Source: an uncultured Lachnospiraceae bacterium
Lineage (GTDB): Bacteria > Bacillota > Clostridia > Lachnospirales > Lachnospiraceae
Assembly: GCA_910588965.1 (NCBI GenBank)
Contig: CAJUSO010000006.1
Coordinates: 18,463-82,462 of the forward strand
Length of the DNA: 64,000 bases
Direction of reading: 5' to 3'
Made by a program: the position numbers and the translations under genes. This document shows, in pieces, positions 36,600-46,825 of this stretch (positions are counted from its first letter, which is position 1; the number at the start of each line of letters is the position of its first letter). The notes beneath the pieces were generated by a model that had not been told where the DNA came from, did no database searches, and saw only the letters and a list, made by a program, of their open reading frames with translations.

Positions 36600-37787
36600 A
36601 TGAAAAAACATAGGAAACAGATGCTTTGCCTGTTCATGGCATGTACCATAACCGTAAATGCGCCGTTGTATGCAATCGTGGCACAGGCACAGGAGGAGAC
36701 GCCAGCGCCAGAAGAAGGCACGGAAGATACCCCCCAGCACACCATAGACCAGATGATACCGGGGGATGAGGAGTTGCAGCAGCCATCCCAGGATGCAGAT
36801 TTGGACCTTTCGGCGGACGATACCGCGCCGGAAACAGAAGCGCCCGTGCAGGAAGGGGAGGATAACGTAGAGAAAGATATGGATACGGCGCCGCCATCCG
36901 AAGGAATATCAGAGACAGGCGAGGCGCCAAATACAGACGCCGCATCCCCTTTAAACCAGGAAGGGGAGGTTACCGAGCCTATTACGAAGGAAGATAAGCC
37001 ATACCTGGCTCTGGGGGCGAACCTGACACAGCAGCAGCAGGCAACCGTACTGAGCCTGTTAGGCATCAACCCAGCGGAACTTTCCGAGTATGATGTGATT
37101 TATATTACCAATGAGGAAGAGCATTCCTATTTAGGGAACTATGTGGATGCCAAAAAAATAGGGACCAGGGCCCTGTCCTCTGTCCTGATTGTAAAGCGGG
37201 AAAAAGGGAATGGGATTAATATTACTACAAAGAATATTTCTTACTGTACCATTGGCATGTATAAGAATGCGCTGATTACTGCAGGGATTACGGATGCGGA
37301 CATTATTGTGGCAGGTCCCACGCCGATTTCCGGTACGGCGGCCCTGGTAGGGGCAATGAAGGCATATGCCGTTATGACCGGGGAGGCTGTTTCGGAGGAG
37401 AGTATGGATACTGCCCTAAACGAGCTGGTGCTGACCGGGGATATTGCAGAAAACGTAGGGGATTCCGAGAAGGCGGAAGAATTGATTGCTTACCTGAAGC
37501 AGGAGGTAATTGGCCGCAGCCTTGAGAGCGACAGTGAAATCCAGGAGGTGGTAGAGGATGCCTGCGACGAATTCCAGGTTAAGCTGTCTGACAGCCAGGT
37601 GCAGGAACTGGTAGGCTTATTAAAGAAAATTGGGAGCCTGGATTTGGATTTGGACTCTATCAAGAAACAGGCGGAAGCCCTCTATGAGAAGCTTTCTGAT
37701 ATCAATGTGGATACCGAAGGGATTTTTGAGAAAATCAAAGGTTTTTTCCAGGGGATTATTGACTTTTTCGTAGGCCTGTTTTCCTGA
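36600..37787 (+). CDS. Secreted DUF1002 (YpuA-like) protein with acidic N-terminal extension
   Basis: Signal peptide; ~100-aa D/E/P-rich linker; LALGANL, ITNEEEH.YL, MYKNALITAG, SGTAALVG. Confidence 0.8.
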   Translation: MKKHRKQMLCLFMACTITVNAPLYAIVAQAQEETPAPEEGTEDTPQHTIDQMIPGDEELQQPSQDADLDLSADDTAPETEAPVQEGEDNVEKDMDTAPPSEGISETGEAPNTDAASPLNQEGEVTEPITKEDKPYLALGANLTQQQQATVLSLLGINPAELSEYDVIYITNEEEHSYLGNYVDAKKIGTRALSSVLIVKREKGNGINITTKNISYCTIGMYKNALITAGITDADIIVAGPTPISGTAALVGAMKAYAVMTGEAVSEESMDTALNELVLTGDIAENVGDSEKAEELIAYLKQEVIGRSLESDSEIQEVVEDACDEFQVKLSDSQVQELVGLLKKIGSLDLDLDSIKKQAEALYEKLSDINVDTEGIFEKIKGFFQGIIDFFVGLFS

Positions 37788-37825
37788 GTGCCAGAACCGG
37801 CCATGTCCTGGAGGAGGAAGATGTG

Positions 37826-38686
37826 ATGGAAGCCTATACGGGATTTGCAGAGGTCTATGATTTGTTTATGGATAATGTGCCCTATGGGGAATGGGGCCGA
37901 TATTTGGTTGGCTTGCTGCGGGAATATCAGGTGAGCCAGGGGATTGTGCTGGAATTAGGCTGCGGCACAGGGAAGATGACAAGGCTCTTGGCTGCGGCAG
38001 GCTATGATATGATAGGCATAGATAATTCCCAGGAAATGCTGCAGGTTGCCAGGGAAGCATCCGAAGAGCCAGAGAAGGCTTTCCTGGCATCAGTTGTGGA
38101 AGCATCCGGAGTGCCGGAAGAGGCTCCCCTGGCGCCAGACGGGGAAGGCATCCTTTATTTACTGCAGGATATGCAGGAGTTTGAATTGTATGGGACAGTC
38201 CGGGCGGTGGTAAGCGTCTGCGACTCTATGAATTATATCTTAGAGGAGGAAGGCCTGCTGCGGGTTTTTTCATTGGTAAACAATTATTTAGACCCAGGGG
38301 GTGTTTTTATATTCGATTTGAATACCCCCTATAAATACAGGGAATTACTAGGAGAAAGCGTCGTCTGTGAGAACCGCCCAGAAGGCAGCTTTATCTGGGA
38401 GAACTTTTTTGATGAGGAGGAGCAGGTGAATCAATACGACCTAACGCTTTTTATCCGGGAGGACGGAAGCGGCGGGGCAGGGGAAGGGCTATACCGCAAA
38501 TATGAGGAGACGCATTTCCAGCGTGCCTATGGGATTGGGCAGGTGAAGAGCCTTTTGGAGCAGGCTGGCATGGAATTTATAGCGGTTTATGATGCGTTTA
38601 CCCATAATCCTCCAAAAGAGGACAGCGAGAGGGTATATTTTATTGCAAGGGAGCGGGGGAAGCCAGGCAATCAGGCAAACTTCTGA
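37826..38686 (+). CDS. Class I SAM-dependent methyltransferase
   Basis: YTGFAEVYD, VLELGCGTG, CDSMNY, PGGVFIFD. Confidence 0.9.
   Translation: MEAYTGFAEVYDLFMDNVPYGEWGRYLVGLLREYQVSQGIVLELGCGTGKMTRLLAAAGYDMIGIDNSQEMLQVAREASEEPEKAFLASVVEASGVPEEAPLAPDGEGILYLLQDMQEFELYGTVRAVVSVCDSMNYILEEEGLLRVFSLVNNYLDPGGVFIFDLNTPYKYRELLGESVVCENRPEGSFIWENFFDEEEQVNQYDLTLFIREDGSGGAGEGLYRKYEETHFQRAYGIGQVKSLLEQAGMEFIAVYDAFTHNPPKEDSERVYFIARERGKPGNQANF
38053..38142 (+). repeat. Imperfect 45-bp in-frame duplication inside the methyltransferase
   Basis: GGAAGCATCCG at 38053 and 38098; EASEEPEKAFLAS versus EASGVPEEAPLAP. Confidence 0.7.
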
Positions 38687-38762
38687 GGGCAGGGATCTGT
38701 AGGTAAAGGCGGCCTGCCAAGGACATGGCAGGCGGCGTGATAGGAGAGTGAGGAAACGGCAG

Positions 38763-39653
38763 ATGGAGCAAGGGAAAGACTACATTGTAAGGGCGACGGC
38801 AGCAGAGGGGCAGGTACGGGCATTTGCCATCCGTTCCCGAAAGCTGGTGGAGCAGGCCAGGATATACCATAATACAAGCCCGGTAATGACAGCGGCGCTG
38901 GGGCGGCTGCTAAGCGGCGGCGCTATGATGGGCGTTATGATGAAGGGAGAGAAGGATTTGCTGACCCTCCAGGTTAGGGGCAGCGGTGAGGCAAAGGGCA
39001 TGACGGTAACGGCAGACAGCCAGGGGAATGTAAAGGGCTATCCCCAGGTGCCGGATGTGATGCGCCCCCCCAATGCCGAGGGCAAGCTGGATGTGGGAGG
39101 CGCGATTGGCAGCGGGATTTTAAGCGTCATCAAAGACATAGGGCTAAAGGAGCCATATGTAGGCCAAGTGGCTTTGCAGACTTCAGAGATTGCGGAGGAT
39201 TTGACCTATTATTTTGCAGCATCGGAACAAGTGCCTTCCGCCGTGGGCCTGGGCGTGCTGATGAACCGGGATAATACGGTGCGCCAGGCAGGCGGCTTTA
39301 TCATCCAGCTGATGCCAGGGGCAGGGGAAGGGATTGTGGGCGCTTTAGAGGCAGCTATGGCCAAGATGGATTCCGTGACAGAGATGCTGGAGCAGGGAGA
39401 CACCCCGGAAATGCTGCTGGAGCGGCTCTTGGGGAGCCTTGGCCTGGAGGTTCTGGGCCATATCCCCGCCCATTACCGCTGTGACTGTTCTAAGGAGCGC
39501 GTATCCAGGGCTGTTGCCAGCATCGGTGCGAAGGACTTAAGGGAACTGGCAGAAAGCTGCGAGCCCATCGAAGTGGCCTGCCAGTTCTGCGGCAGGCGTT
39601 ATGTCTTTACCCCAGAGGATATGGAGGGACTGTTGGAAAGGAGCCAGGCATGA
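38763..39653 (+). CDS. hslO: Hsp33 redox chaperone
   Basis: DYIVRATA, AALGRLL, YYFAASEQVPS, CDCS..CQFC zinc centre. Confidence 0.95.
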   Translation: MEQGKDYIVRATAAEGQVRAFAIRSRKLVEQARIYHNTSPVMTAALGRLLSGGAMMGVMMKGEKDLLTLQVRGSGEAKGMTVTADSQGNVKGYPQVPDVMRPPNAEGKLDVGGAIGSGILSVIKDIGLKEPYVGQVALQTSEIAEDLTYYFAASEQVPSAVGLGVLMNRDNTVRQAGGFIIQLMPGAGEGIVGALEAAMAKMDSVTEMLEQGDTPEMLLERLLGSLGLEVLGHIPAHYRCDCSKERVSRAVASIGAKDLRELAESCEPIEVACQFCGRRYVFTPEDMEGLLERSQA

Positions 39654-41599
39654 AGGATGGGTTTATCAAGGCGGCGGCCCTGACCCCCAAAATCCGGGTG
39701 GCAGACCCCGCGTACAACAAGCGGGCAATCATTGAGAAGATAGAAGAAGCAGAGAGCCAGAGGGCTGTAGTGGCCGTATTCCCGGAATTGTGCATCACAG
39801 GGTATACCTGCGGGGATCTGTTTTTGATGGACACGCTGCTGTGCCAGGCGCAGGACGCGCTTTTGGAAATCGCGGCAGAGACCAATGGGAAAAATATGCT
39901 GGTCTTTGTAGGCTTGCCTTTCCCCTGGAAAGGCAGGCTCTACAACGTGGCGGCAGCCTTGGCAAACGGCGCGGTGCTGGGATTCGTACCCAAGAGGTGC
40001 ATCCCAAATTACAACGAGTTTTACGAAGGCCGGTATTTTACGCCAGGGGAGGAGGAACCTGTGGAAGTCTCCTTAAAAGACGGCAGGAAAATCCCCATGG
40101 GCAGCCGCCTGCTGTTCTGCCCAGACAGCCTGCCTTTGCTTAAGGTTGGCGCAGAAATCTGTGAGGATTTGTGGACGCCCAGCCCGCCCAGCATTTCCCA
40201 TGCGCTGGCGGGGGCAAACCTGGTTGTGAACCTGTCCGCTAGCGATGAGGCCACCGGGAAGAGCCGCTACCGGAAAAATCTGGTGGAAGGCCAGTCTGCA
40301 AGGCTGCTCTGCGGCTATGTCTATGCCAGCGCAGGGGACGGGGAGTCCACCCAGGACGTGGTCTATTCCGCCCACAATATGATTGCCGAGAACGGCATCA
40401 TGCTGGCGGAGGCCAGGCGGTTCCAGAACCAGCCTGTCTATGGGGAAGTCGATATCAAGAGGCTGGACGGCCAGCGCCGGAAGATGTCCACCTTTACAGG
40501 GCGCCCGGCGCCTTACCAAGAGATATCCTTCCATCTGCGCCAGGAACAGACGGCCCTTACCCGCTTTGTGGATCCCCATCCCTTCGTGCCTGGCGGGCAG
40601 GAAGAGCGCCGCAAGCGGTGTGAAGAAATCCTGTCCATCCAGTCCATGGGGCTGAAAAAGCGGCTGGAGCATACCGGATGCTGCCAGGCGGTGGTGGGTA
40701 TTTCCGGCGGATTGGATTCCACCCTGGCGCTTCTGGTGACGGTGCGGGCTTTTGATCTTTTGGGGCTTAGCCGGAAGGGGGTCCGGGCGGTGACCATGCC
40801 GGGCTTTGGCACTACAGGCCGTACTTATGGCAATGCCGTAAGCCTAATCCGCTGCCTGGGGGTAGGGTTCCAGGAGGTGGATATCAAAGAAGCGGTACAA
40901 GTCCATTTCCGGGATATCGCCCAGGAAGAGGGCAAGCATGACATTACTTACGAGAACAGCCAGGCCAGGGAGCGGACCCAGATCCTGATGGATATCGCGA
41001 ACCAGGGAAACGGCCTGGTCATTGGCACAGGCGACATGTCGGAACTGGCCTTGGGCTGGGCGACTTATAATGGGGACCATATGTCTATGTATGGGGTCAA
41101 TGCTTCCGTGCCCAAGACCCTGGTACGCCATCTGGTGCAGTATTATGCAGATACCTGCGGGGTAGGGCAGCTTCGCGATATCCTGCTGGATATCCTGGAC
41201 ACGCCGGTCAGCCCGGAGCTTTTGCCTCCGGAGGACGGTAAGATTTCCCAGAAAACAGAGGATATCGTAGGGCCTTATGAACTCCACGATTTCTTCCTGT
41301 ACCATATGCTCCGTTCTGGATTTGAGCCGGGCAAAATTTTCCGCCTGGCTGTGTACGCCTTTGGCCGGGATGCCTCTGGCTACGGCCAGGAAACCATCTT
41401 AAAATGGCTAAAGGTATTTGTAAGGCGTTTCTTCTCCCAACAGTTTAAACGCTCCTGCCTGCCGGACGGGCCTAAGGTGGGGACGGTGGCAGTATCCCCC
41501 AGGGGAGACCTGCGGATGCCCAGCGATGCCAGCGCGGCAGCCTGGATGGCACAGGTAGAGGCACTGGAACAATTCTATGGAGAAAACGGCGCGAGGTGA
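39650..41599 (+). CDS. nadE: Glutamine-dependent NAD+ synthetase
   Basis: Nitrilase domain (FPEL, PK..IPNY.EFYE, EICEDLW) plus SGGLDST, ENSQARER, SPEL, QQFKRS. Confidence 0.96.
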   Translation: MKDGFIKAAALTPKIRVADPAYNKRAIIEKIEEAESQRAVVAVFPELCITGYTCGDLFLMDTLLCQAQDALLEIAAETNGKNMLVFVGLPFPWKGRLYNVAAALANGAVLGFVPKRCIPNYNEFYEGRYFTPGEEEPVEVSLKDGRKIPMGSRLLFCPDSLPLLKVGAEICEDLWTPSPPSISHALAGANLVVNLSASDEATGKSRYRKNLVEGQSARLLCGYVYASAGDGESTQDVVYSAHNMIAENGIMLAEARRFQNQPVYGEVDIKRLDGQRRKMSTFTGRPAPYQEISFHLRQEQTALTRFVDPHPFVPGGQEERRKRCEEILSIQSMGLKKRLEHTGCCQAVVGISGGLDSTLALLVTVRAFDLLGLSRKGVRAVTMPGFGTTGRTYGNAVSLIRCLGVGFQEVDIKEAVQVHFRDIAQEEGKHDITYENSQARERTQILMDIANQGNGLVIGTGDMSELALGWATYNGDHMSMYGVNASVPKTLVRHLVQYYADTCGVGQLRDILLDILDTPVSPELLPPEDGKISQKTEDIVGPYELHDFFLYHMLRSGFEPGKIFRLAVYAFGRDASGYGQETILKWLKVFVRRFFSQQFKRSCLPDGPKVGTVAVSPRGDLRMPSDASAAAWMAQVEALEQFYGENGAR

Positions 41600-41604
41600 A
41601 TGTC

Positions 41605-42108
41605 ATGGATTACATGGTGGTCTATTCCAGCAAGACAGGGAATACGAAGAAAATAGCCACTGAGATTTTCAGTGCCCTGCCGGGGATGTCGAAGGATATG
41701 CAGCATATAGAAGAATACAAAGGGAAGGACGCAGACATGTTTTTCGTGGGCTTCTGGGTAGACCGGGGCACCTGCGATATGTCTGTCATTGAGATGCTCT
41801 CCAGGCTCCACGGGAAAAAGGTGGCTTTGTTCGGCACCTGCGGCCTGGGGCACGATGCAGAATACTATAAAATGATTGAGCAGAAGGTAGAGGTATGGGT
41901 CCCAGACGACTGCGAATACCTGGGTGCTTTCCTCTGCCAGGGCAAGATGCCCATGCAGCTGCGGGAAAATTATGAAATCCCGATGGAAGACCCCAGGCAG
42001 GAAGCCTGGCGCAGGCAGATGCTGCGGAATTTCGACGAAGGGCTGTTCCATCCCAATGAAGAAGATGTAAGGAAAGCCCGGGAATTTGTAAAGAGGCTGA
42101 TGCGCTGA
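41605..42108 (+). CDS. Flavodoxin-like protein
   Basis: YSSKTGNTKKIA FMN loop, GFWVDRG, FGTCG, CQGKM, HPNEED. Confidence 0.85.
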   Translation: MDYMVVYSSKTGNTKKIATEIFSALPGMSKDMQHIEEYKGKDADMFFVGFWVDRGTCDMSVIEMLSRLHGKKVALFGTCGLGHDAEYYKMIEQKVEVWVPDDCEYLGAFLCQGKMPMQLRENYEIPMEDPRQEAWRRQMLRNFDEGLFHPNEEDVRKAREFVKRLMR

Positions 42109-42284
42109 ACGCTTGGCAGTTCGGTTAATTGCTTGCCTGAATCCAATCAGCTGCGCAATTAACCGGATATCCAAGCCGGGTACAAGGAAGAAAATGATAG
42201 GCAGCCCTGTGCCCGTCTGCGGCACGCCTGCCCCATTGGCCCGCGAAACCGTATTGGGAGTTTCAGGCTTTCCCATCGTTTTGT

Positions 42285-42545
42285 TTATTCTGCCCCATCG
42301 CCAGTGGAAGAAACGTCTGTCATATAATCATTGATGGCGCTTAAGTCCACCTCGGTCTGCACTACCTTATCGTTGTCAGAAGCGCGGAAATACCCATAGG
42401 CAGAATAGCCTACCCAGCCAATGACGGCAACGCCGACGATTGCGGCGCATCCAGTGGAAAGGGTGCGTTTCATCTTCTCTTTCTTCATGGTCTTTTTGCG
42501 GTTTGCTTTTTCCTGTTTATACCGGTCTACTTTTGCTTGGCTCAT
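42285..42545 (-). CDS. Small hypothetical membrane protein
   Basis: AAGGAG RBS; basic N-terminus MSQAKVDRYKQEKANRKK and one TM helix. Confidence 0.75.
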   Translation of the reverse strand: MSQAKVDRYKQEKANRKKTMKKEKMKRTLSTGCAAIVGVAVIGWVGYSAYGYFRASDNDKVVQTEVDLSAINDYMTDVSSTGDGAE

Positions 42546-42670
42546 AATAAATCTCCTTATTTTCCTTAAAATTAGGCGTCTGCCCACATCAACCCTGATT
42601 ATACACCATTTTTGTGAAAAAGTCTTGAAAAAAATAAAAAAACAAGAAAAAATGTAATGGAGGGAATCTT

Positions 42671-43186
42671 ATGAATTTAATTGCAGCAGCAGACGCGGGC
42701 TGGGGCATTGGCTTCCAAAACCGCCTATTGGCGCATATCCCGGAGGATATGGAATTTTTTAAAGAAATGACGGCGGGGCATGTGGCTGTGATGGGAAGGA
42801 GGACATTAGAGAGCCTCCCCGGCGGCCAGCCCCTAAAAGGCAGGAGAAACCTGGTGCTGACCCAGGACATTTCCTTCCAGAGAAAGGGCGCTGCCATTGT
42901 GCACAGCATCCAGGAACTCCTTCAGGAACTTACGCCTTTTGGCAGCAAGGAAGTCTATGTGATAGGGGGGGCATGCGTCTACCGCCAGCTGCTGGGCTTT
43001 TGTGATACTGCCTATATCACAAAGATTTCCCATACGTTCCAGGCAGATGCCTTCCTCCCAAACCTGGACAGGCAGGAAGGCTGGGAACTGGCGGCTTCCA
43101 GCAAAGAGCAGGTTTCCGCTGCCAATGGCCTGAAATACCGTTTCCTAACATATAGGAGAAGGCAAGAGGCGCACAGTGCGCCCTAG
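42671..43186 (+). CDS. folA: Dihydrofolate reductase
   Basis: GIG..N.L..HIPEDMEFFK, MGRRTLES, PLKGRRN, IGGA, ADAFLP. Confidence 0.93.
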   Translation: MNLIAAADAGWGIGFQNRLLAHIPEDMEFFKEMTAGHVAVMGRRTLESLPGGQPLKGRRNLVLTQDISFQRKGAAIVHSIQELLQELTPFGSKEVYVIGGACVYRQLLGFCDTAYITKISHTFQADAFLPNLDRQEGWELAASSKEQVSAANGLKYRFLTYRRRQEAHSAP

Positions 43187-43242
43187 GCGGATACCAGCGT
43201 ACATAAGCAGGGACAATCGTTGGAGCAAAGGAGCAATATGCT

Positions 43243-44193
43243 ATGATGGAAAATTTTATTTTTAGTATCAATGTGACAATCCCCATTTTCTTGGTCATGG
43301 TGTTAGGATGGGCCTTGAAACAGGCGCGTATGCTGGATGGCAATTTCGTATCCGTGGCCAATAAATTCAATTTCAGCATCACCCTGCCTTTCCTGCTGTT
43401 TCGGGATATTTCCGCCGTGGATATCCGCGCCGTGTTTGACCTGGAGTACGTGCTGTTCTGCGCCGCCTCCAGTTCTGCATGTTTCTGGGCAATCTGGGGC
43501 GGCGCCAAGCTATTCCTGAAAGACCGTTCCTTGACAGGGGCTTTTGTACAGGCGTCCTTCCGCAGCAGCGCAGCCGTTATGGGGCTGGCGTTCATCCAGA
43601 ACATCTACGGGCCGTCGGCAATGGGGCCATTGATGATTATAGGGGCCGTCCCCCTTTATAATATCTATTCTGTGCTGGTACTGACTTTTGAAGGCTCCCA
43701 TGCCTCCATGGATAGGCGTGGGAAACTCAAAGAGGCCTGCGCCAATATCCTGAAAAACCCCATTATCCTGGCTATTTTCCTGGGGCTGGCCGTATCCTTC
43801 TTCCATATCACGTTTCCTGTTTGGATAAACAAGGCCATCCAGAACGTAGCGCAGATGGCTACCCCGCTGGCCCTGGTAACGTTAGGCGCCGGGTTTGAAG
43901 GCCGCAAAGCCTTAGCAAAGCTAAAACCCACCTTGGCGGCGTCTTTTTTAAAGCTCATAGCCCAGCCCGCCCTGATCCTGCCGGTAGCCCTAGCCCTAGG
44001 CTTCGGCCGTGAAAAACTAGTCGCTATCCTTATCATGCTGGCAGCCCCCGCCACGCCCAGCTGTTATATCATGGCCAAAAACATGGGGCATGACGGCACG
44101 CTGACTGCCAGCACGGTAGTAGCTACTACGCTGCTCTCTGCTTTTACCCTAACCGGCTGGATCTTCCTGCTGAAAATCCTTGGCTACCTATAG
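43243..44193 (+). CDS. AEC (auxin efflux carrier) family transporter
   Basis: PIFLVMVLG, LPFLLF, SFRSS, KNPII, TPLAL..LG; about 10 TMs. Confidence 0.88.
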   Translation: MMENFIFSINVTIPIFLVMVLGWALKQARMLDGNFVSVANKFNFSITLPFLLFRDISAVDIRAVFDLEYVLFCAASSSACFWAIWGGAKLFLKDRSLTGAFVQASFRSSAAVMGLAFIQNIYGPSAMGPLMIIGAVPLYNIYSVLVLTFEGSHASMDRRGKLKEACANILKNPIILAIFLGLAVSFFHITFPVWINKAIQNVAQMATPLALVTLGAGFEGRKALAKLKPTLAASFLKLIAQPALILPVALALGFGREKLVAILIMLAAPATPSCYIMAKNMGHDGTLTASTVVATTLLSAFTLTGWIFLLKILGYL

Positions 44194-44223
44194 GGGCATT
44201 TGGGCCGGCTTTCCCCCTTTGCC

Positions 44224-44979
44224 CTATTTCTGCGCCATTACGCAATACCAATCCGCCCGTTCCGGGGGGACCTGCTCAAAATAAGCGGGATGGCACATTA
44301 CCTGGATCTTCCGGTATCCCAGTTCCTGGATTTTCCGTATGACCTTTTCCCGGGAGATTGGGTAATATCTTTCATCAAAAACCTCTTTCTGCACAATACG
44401 CCCATTTTTTTCGAAAGCATACAGCAGATGGAATTCCATCGACCCATCTGCACAGTAATCCCATAGCTGTACCAGGTTTACCCTGGTGTCCCCGGTAAAC
44501 ATAGGCTCGTAAAGATGGAAACGGTTGTGCTCCTCCAGGATTTTGTCCCAGTTGCGCATGTCATAATAAAGATACCCGCCCTTTTTTACCAGGCGGTCCA
44601 TCTGTTCCAGGGTCTTTTCCAAGTCCTCATTCGGCACATGGGGCAGGGAATTCCCAGTGCTGGACACACAGTCAAAAGTTTCTTCAAACTTTTCTGTAAG
44701 CTTCCGGAAATCACATTCCCGCAAATTTATGGGCACCCTGTGCCAATCTGCCTTTTGCTTGCATTTTGCCAGCATCTCCCCGTTTAAATCCGAGCCGTAC
44801 AGACTTATCCCAAGTTCTGCGACAGGCAGCGTCAGGCTTCCTGTCCCAATACTTACATCCAGTAGGCTCTGTATCTCTTTTCCTTCCAGTACCTTAACCC
44901 AGTGCTTTTTCACAGCCTGGAATTTTTCCACATTTTCAAACAAATCATAGATATCTGTCCTGTCATATAAAGTAGCCAT
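44224..44979 (-). CDS. Class I SAM-dependent methyltransferase
   Basis: LLDVSIGTG, GSDL, CDFR, GNSLPH, GGYLYYD.RNWD. Confidence 0.88.
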   Translation of the reverse strand: MATLYDRTDIYDLFENVEKFQAVKKHWVKVLEGKEIQSLLDVSIGTGSLTLPVAELGISLYGSDLNGEMLAKCKQKADWHRVPINLRECDFRKLTEKFEETFDCVSSTGNSLPHVPNEDLEKTLEQMDRLVKKGGYLYYDMRNWDKILEEHNRFHLYEPMFTGDTRVNLVQLWDYCADGSMEFHLLYAFEKNGRIVQKEVFDERYYPISREKVIRKIQELGYRKIQVMCHPAYFEQVPPERADWYCVMAQK

Positions 44980-45118
44980 GTGTCCTCCTTCTCAAATCTT
45001 GATGCTATACTTATTCTACACCCTTTTTTGCCCTTGTGCAATCCACTCTTGACGTTAGCGCTATAATTTGCTAAAGTATGGAAGTAACATAAAATAAAAT
45101 ATATGAAGGAGTAAAGTT

Positions 45119-46666
45119 ATGACAATGAACACAATCTGGTTTTTCGTGGCATTTGCGGCATATCTGCTGATGATGGTTACAATTGGCGCATTCTATATGA
45201 AACGGAACAAGGATGCAGACGATTACTTTTTGGGAGGCCGCGGCTTGGGCGGCTGGGTGGCTGCCCTTTCCGCCCAGGCATCGGACATGAGCGGCTGGCT
45301 CCTGATGGGCCTGCCGGGCTCCGTCTATGCCCTTGGGACGGGACAGGCATGGATTGCGGTAGGCCTGTTTATCGGGACGGTATTGAACTGGTACGTCATT
45401 TCTGCCAGGCTGCGCCGTTATACCATCCGTGCCAATAATTCTGTGACTTTCCCGGAATACTTAGAAAACCGTTTCCATGACAAGAAGAAAATCCTGCTGC
45501 TGGTCTCTTCAATTGTGATTGTGGTATTCTTCCTGGTCTATACGGCTTCTGCCCTTGCAGCAGGCGGCAAGCTATTTGCCAGCGTATTTGGCGTAGATTA
45601 TACCATGGCCCTTACGATTGGGGCGGCCGTCATCCTGGCCTATACCTTTATGGGAGGGTTTATGGCGGTCTGCACCACGGATTTTATCCAGGGGACCTTG
45701 ATGCTGGTAGGCCTTCTGGTGGTGCCTATCCTGGCCTATGCCATGATGGGGCCTGATACCCTGGCTGCGAACCTGGCTGCCAGCAATGTGCCGGGAGGCG
45801 TGGACGGGTATCTGGATCTGTTTAGCAACGGCGAGGCCCATTACAGCGCAGTGGAAATCATTTCCCAGCTGGCCTGGGGGCTGGGTTATTGTGGGATGCC
45901 CCATATCCTGACCCGTTTCATGGCAGTAAAAAGCGAGAAGGAACTGAAAAAATCCAGGGTCATTGCGACGGTTTGGGTGGCGATCTCCCTGGGGATGGCA
46001 GTGGTGATTGGCATTGTAGGGCGCGCTTACCTTTACCCGGAAGTCCTTGGGGAAGGGGCAGTGTCCACGGAAAACGTGTTTATTGAGATGATTACCCGGC
46101 TGTTTACCAAAGACCTGAGCCTTGCCTTTATTGGCGGCATTTTCCTCTGCGGTATTTTAGCTGCCATTATGTCTACGGCAGATTCCCAGCTCCTGATTAC
46201 GGCTTCTTCTGCCTCCAAGGATATCTACCAGGGCGTCATAAACCCCAAAGCCAGCAGCAAGAAGGTCCTGGTGCTGAGCCGCGTTACAGTAGTTGTGGTG
46301 GCTATCCTGGCCTACCTCATTGCGTTAGACCCGAACAGCAGTATTATGGGGCTGGTATCCAATGCCTGGGCAGGCTTGGGCTCTGCATTTGGGCCTACCA
46401 TTGTGCTTTCCCTGTTCTGGAAACGGGCCAATATGCCAGGAGCCGTAGCAGGGATTATCTCTGGCGGGCTTACCGTCCTTATTTGGGATTACATACCGCT
46501 GGCCGGCGGGCAGACCTTAGGGGCGGCGACAGGCCTCTATTCCCTGGTGGTAGGGTTTGCAACCAGCCTGGTGCTGATACTGGCTGTCAGCCTCTGCACC
46601 AAAGCGCCGGACGCAGGGATTATCCAGGAGTTTGAGGATGTGGCGTCAGGAAGGGTGAAGGGATAA
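45119..46666 (+). CDS. putP: Sodium/proline symporter
   Basis: DYFLGGRGLG, SAQASDMSGWLLMGLPG, GYCGMPHILTRFM, AAIMSTADSQL. Confidence 0.93.
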   Translation: MTMNTIWFFVAFAAYLLMMVTIGAFYMKRNKDADDYFLGGRGLGGWVAALSAQASDMSGWLLMGLPGSVYALGTGQAWIAVGLFIGTVLNWYVISARLRRYTIRANNSVTFPEYLENRFHDKKKILLLVSSIVIVVFFLVYTASALAAGGKLFASVFGVDYTMALTIGAAVILAYTFMGGFMAVCTTDFIQGTLMLVGLLVVPILAYAMMGPDTLAANLAASNVPGGVDGYLDLFSNGEAHYSAVEIISQLAWGLGYCGMPHILTRFMAVKSEKELKKSRVIATVWVAISLGMAVVIGIVGRAYLYPEVLGEGAVSTENVFIEMITRLFTKDLSLAFIGGIFLCGILAAIMSTADSQLLITASSASKDIYQGVINPKASSKKVLVLSRVTVVVVAILAYLIALDPNSSIMGLVSNAWAGLGSAFGPTIVLSLFWKRANMPGAVAGIISGGLTVLIWDYIPLAGGQTLGAATGLYSLVVGFATSLVLILAVSLCTKAPDAGIIQEFEDVASGRVKG

Positions 46667-46687
46667 AATCTGCCCTCCGGCGGGCAG

Positions 46688-46728
46688 GAAGGGCACGGGC
46701 AAGCGGGATGCTTTGCCCGTGCCCTTTC
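46688..46728 (+). terminator. Hairpin after putP
   Basis: GAAGGGCACGGGCAA / TTGCCCGTGCCCTTTC stem; short T tract. Confidence 0.55.
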
Positions 46729-46825
46729 AGGTTGGAAAGTGAAAAAGAGGCTTCCCTAACTAGGGGATTTCTGTTACAATATAAAAATACTGATTTTGTC
46801 AAAACTAATATTTCGAGGTGATGAT

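Noticed and set aside
41605..42108. Bilirubin reductase locus (BilS-like flavodoxin)
   Set aside because: No old-yellow-enzyme bilR or MarR bilQ gene is adjacent.
46667..46825. T-box, attenuator peptide or CodY box before ilvB
   Set aside because: No T-box motif or branched-chain-rich leader; GATTTTGTCAAAACT has four mismatches to the CodY consensus.
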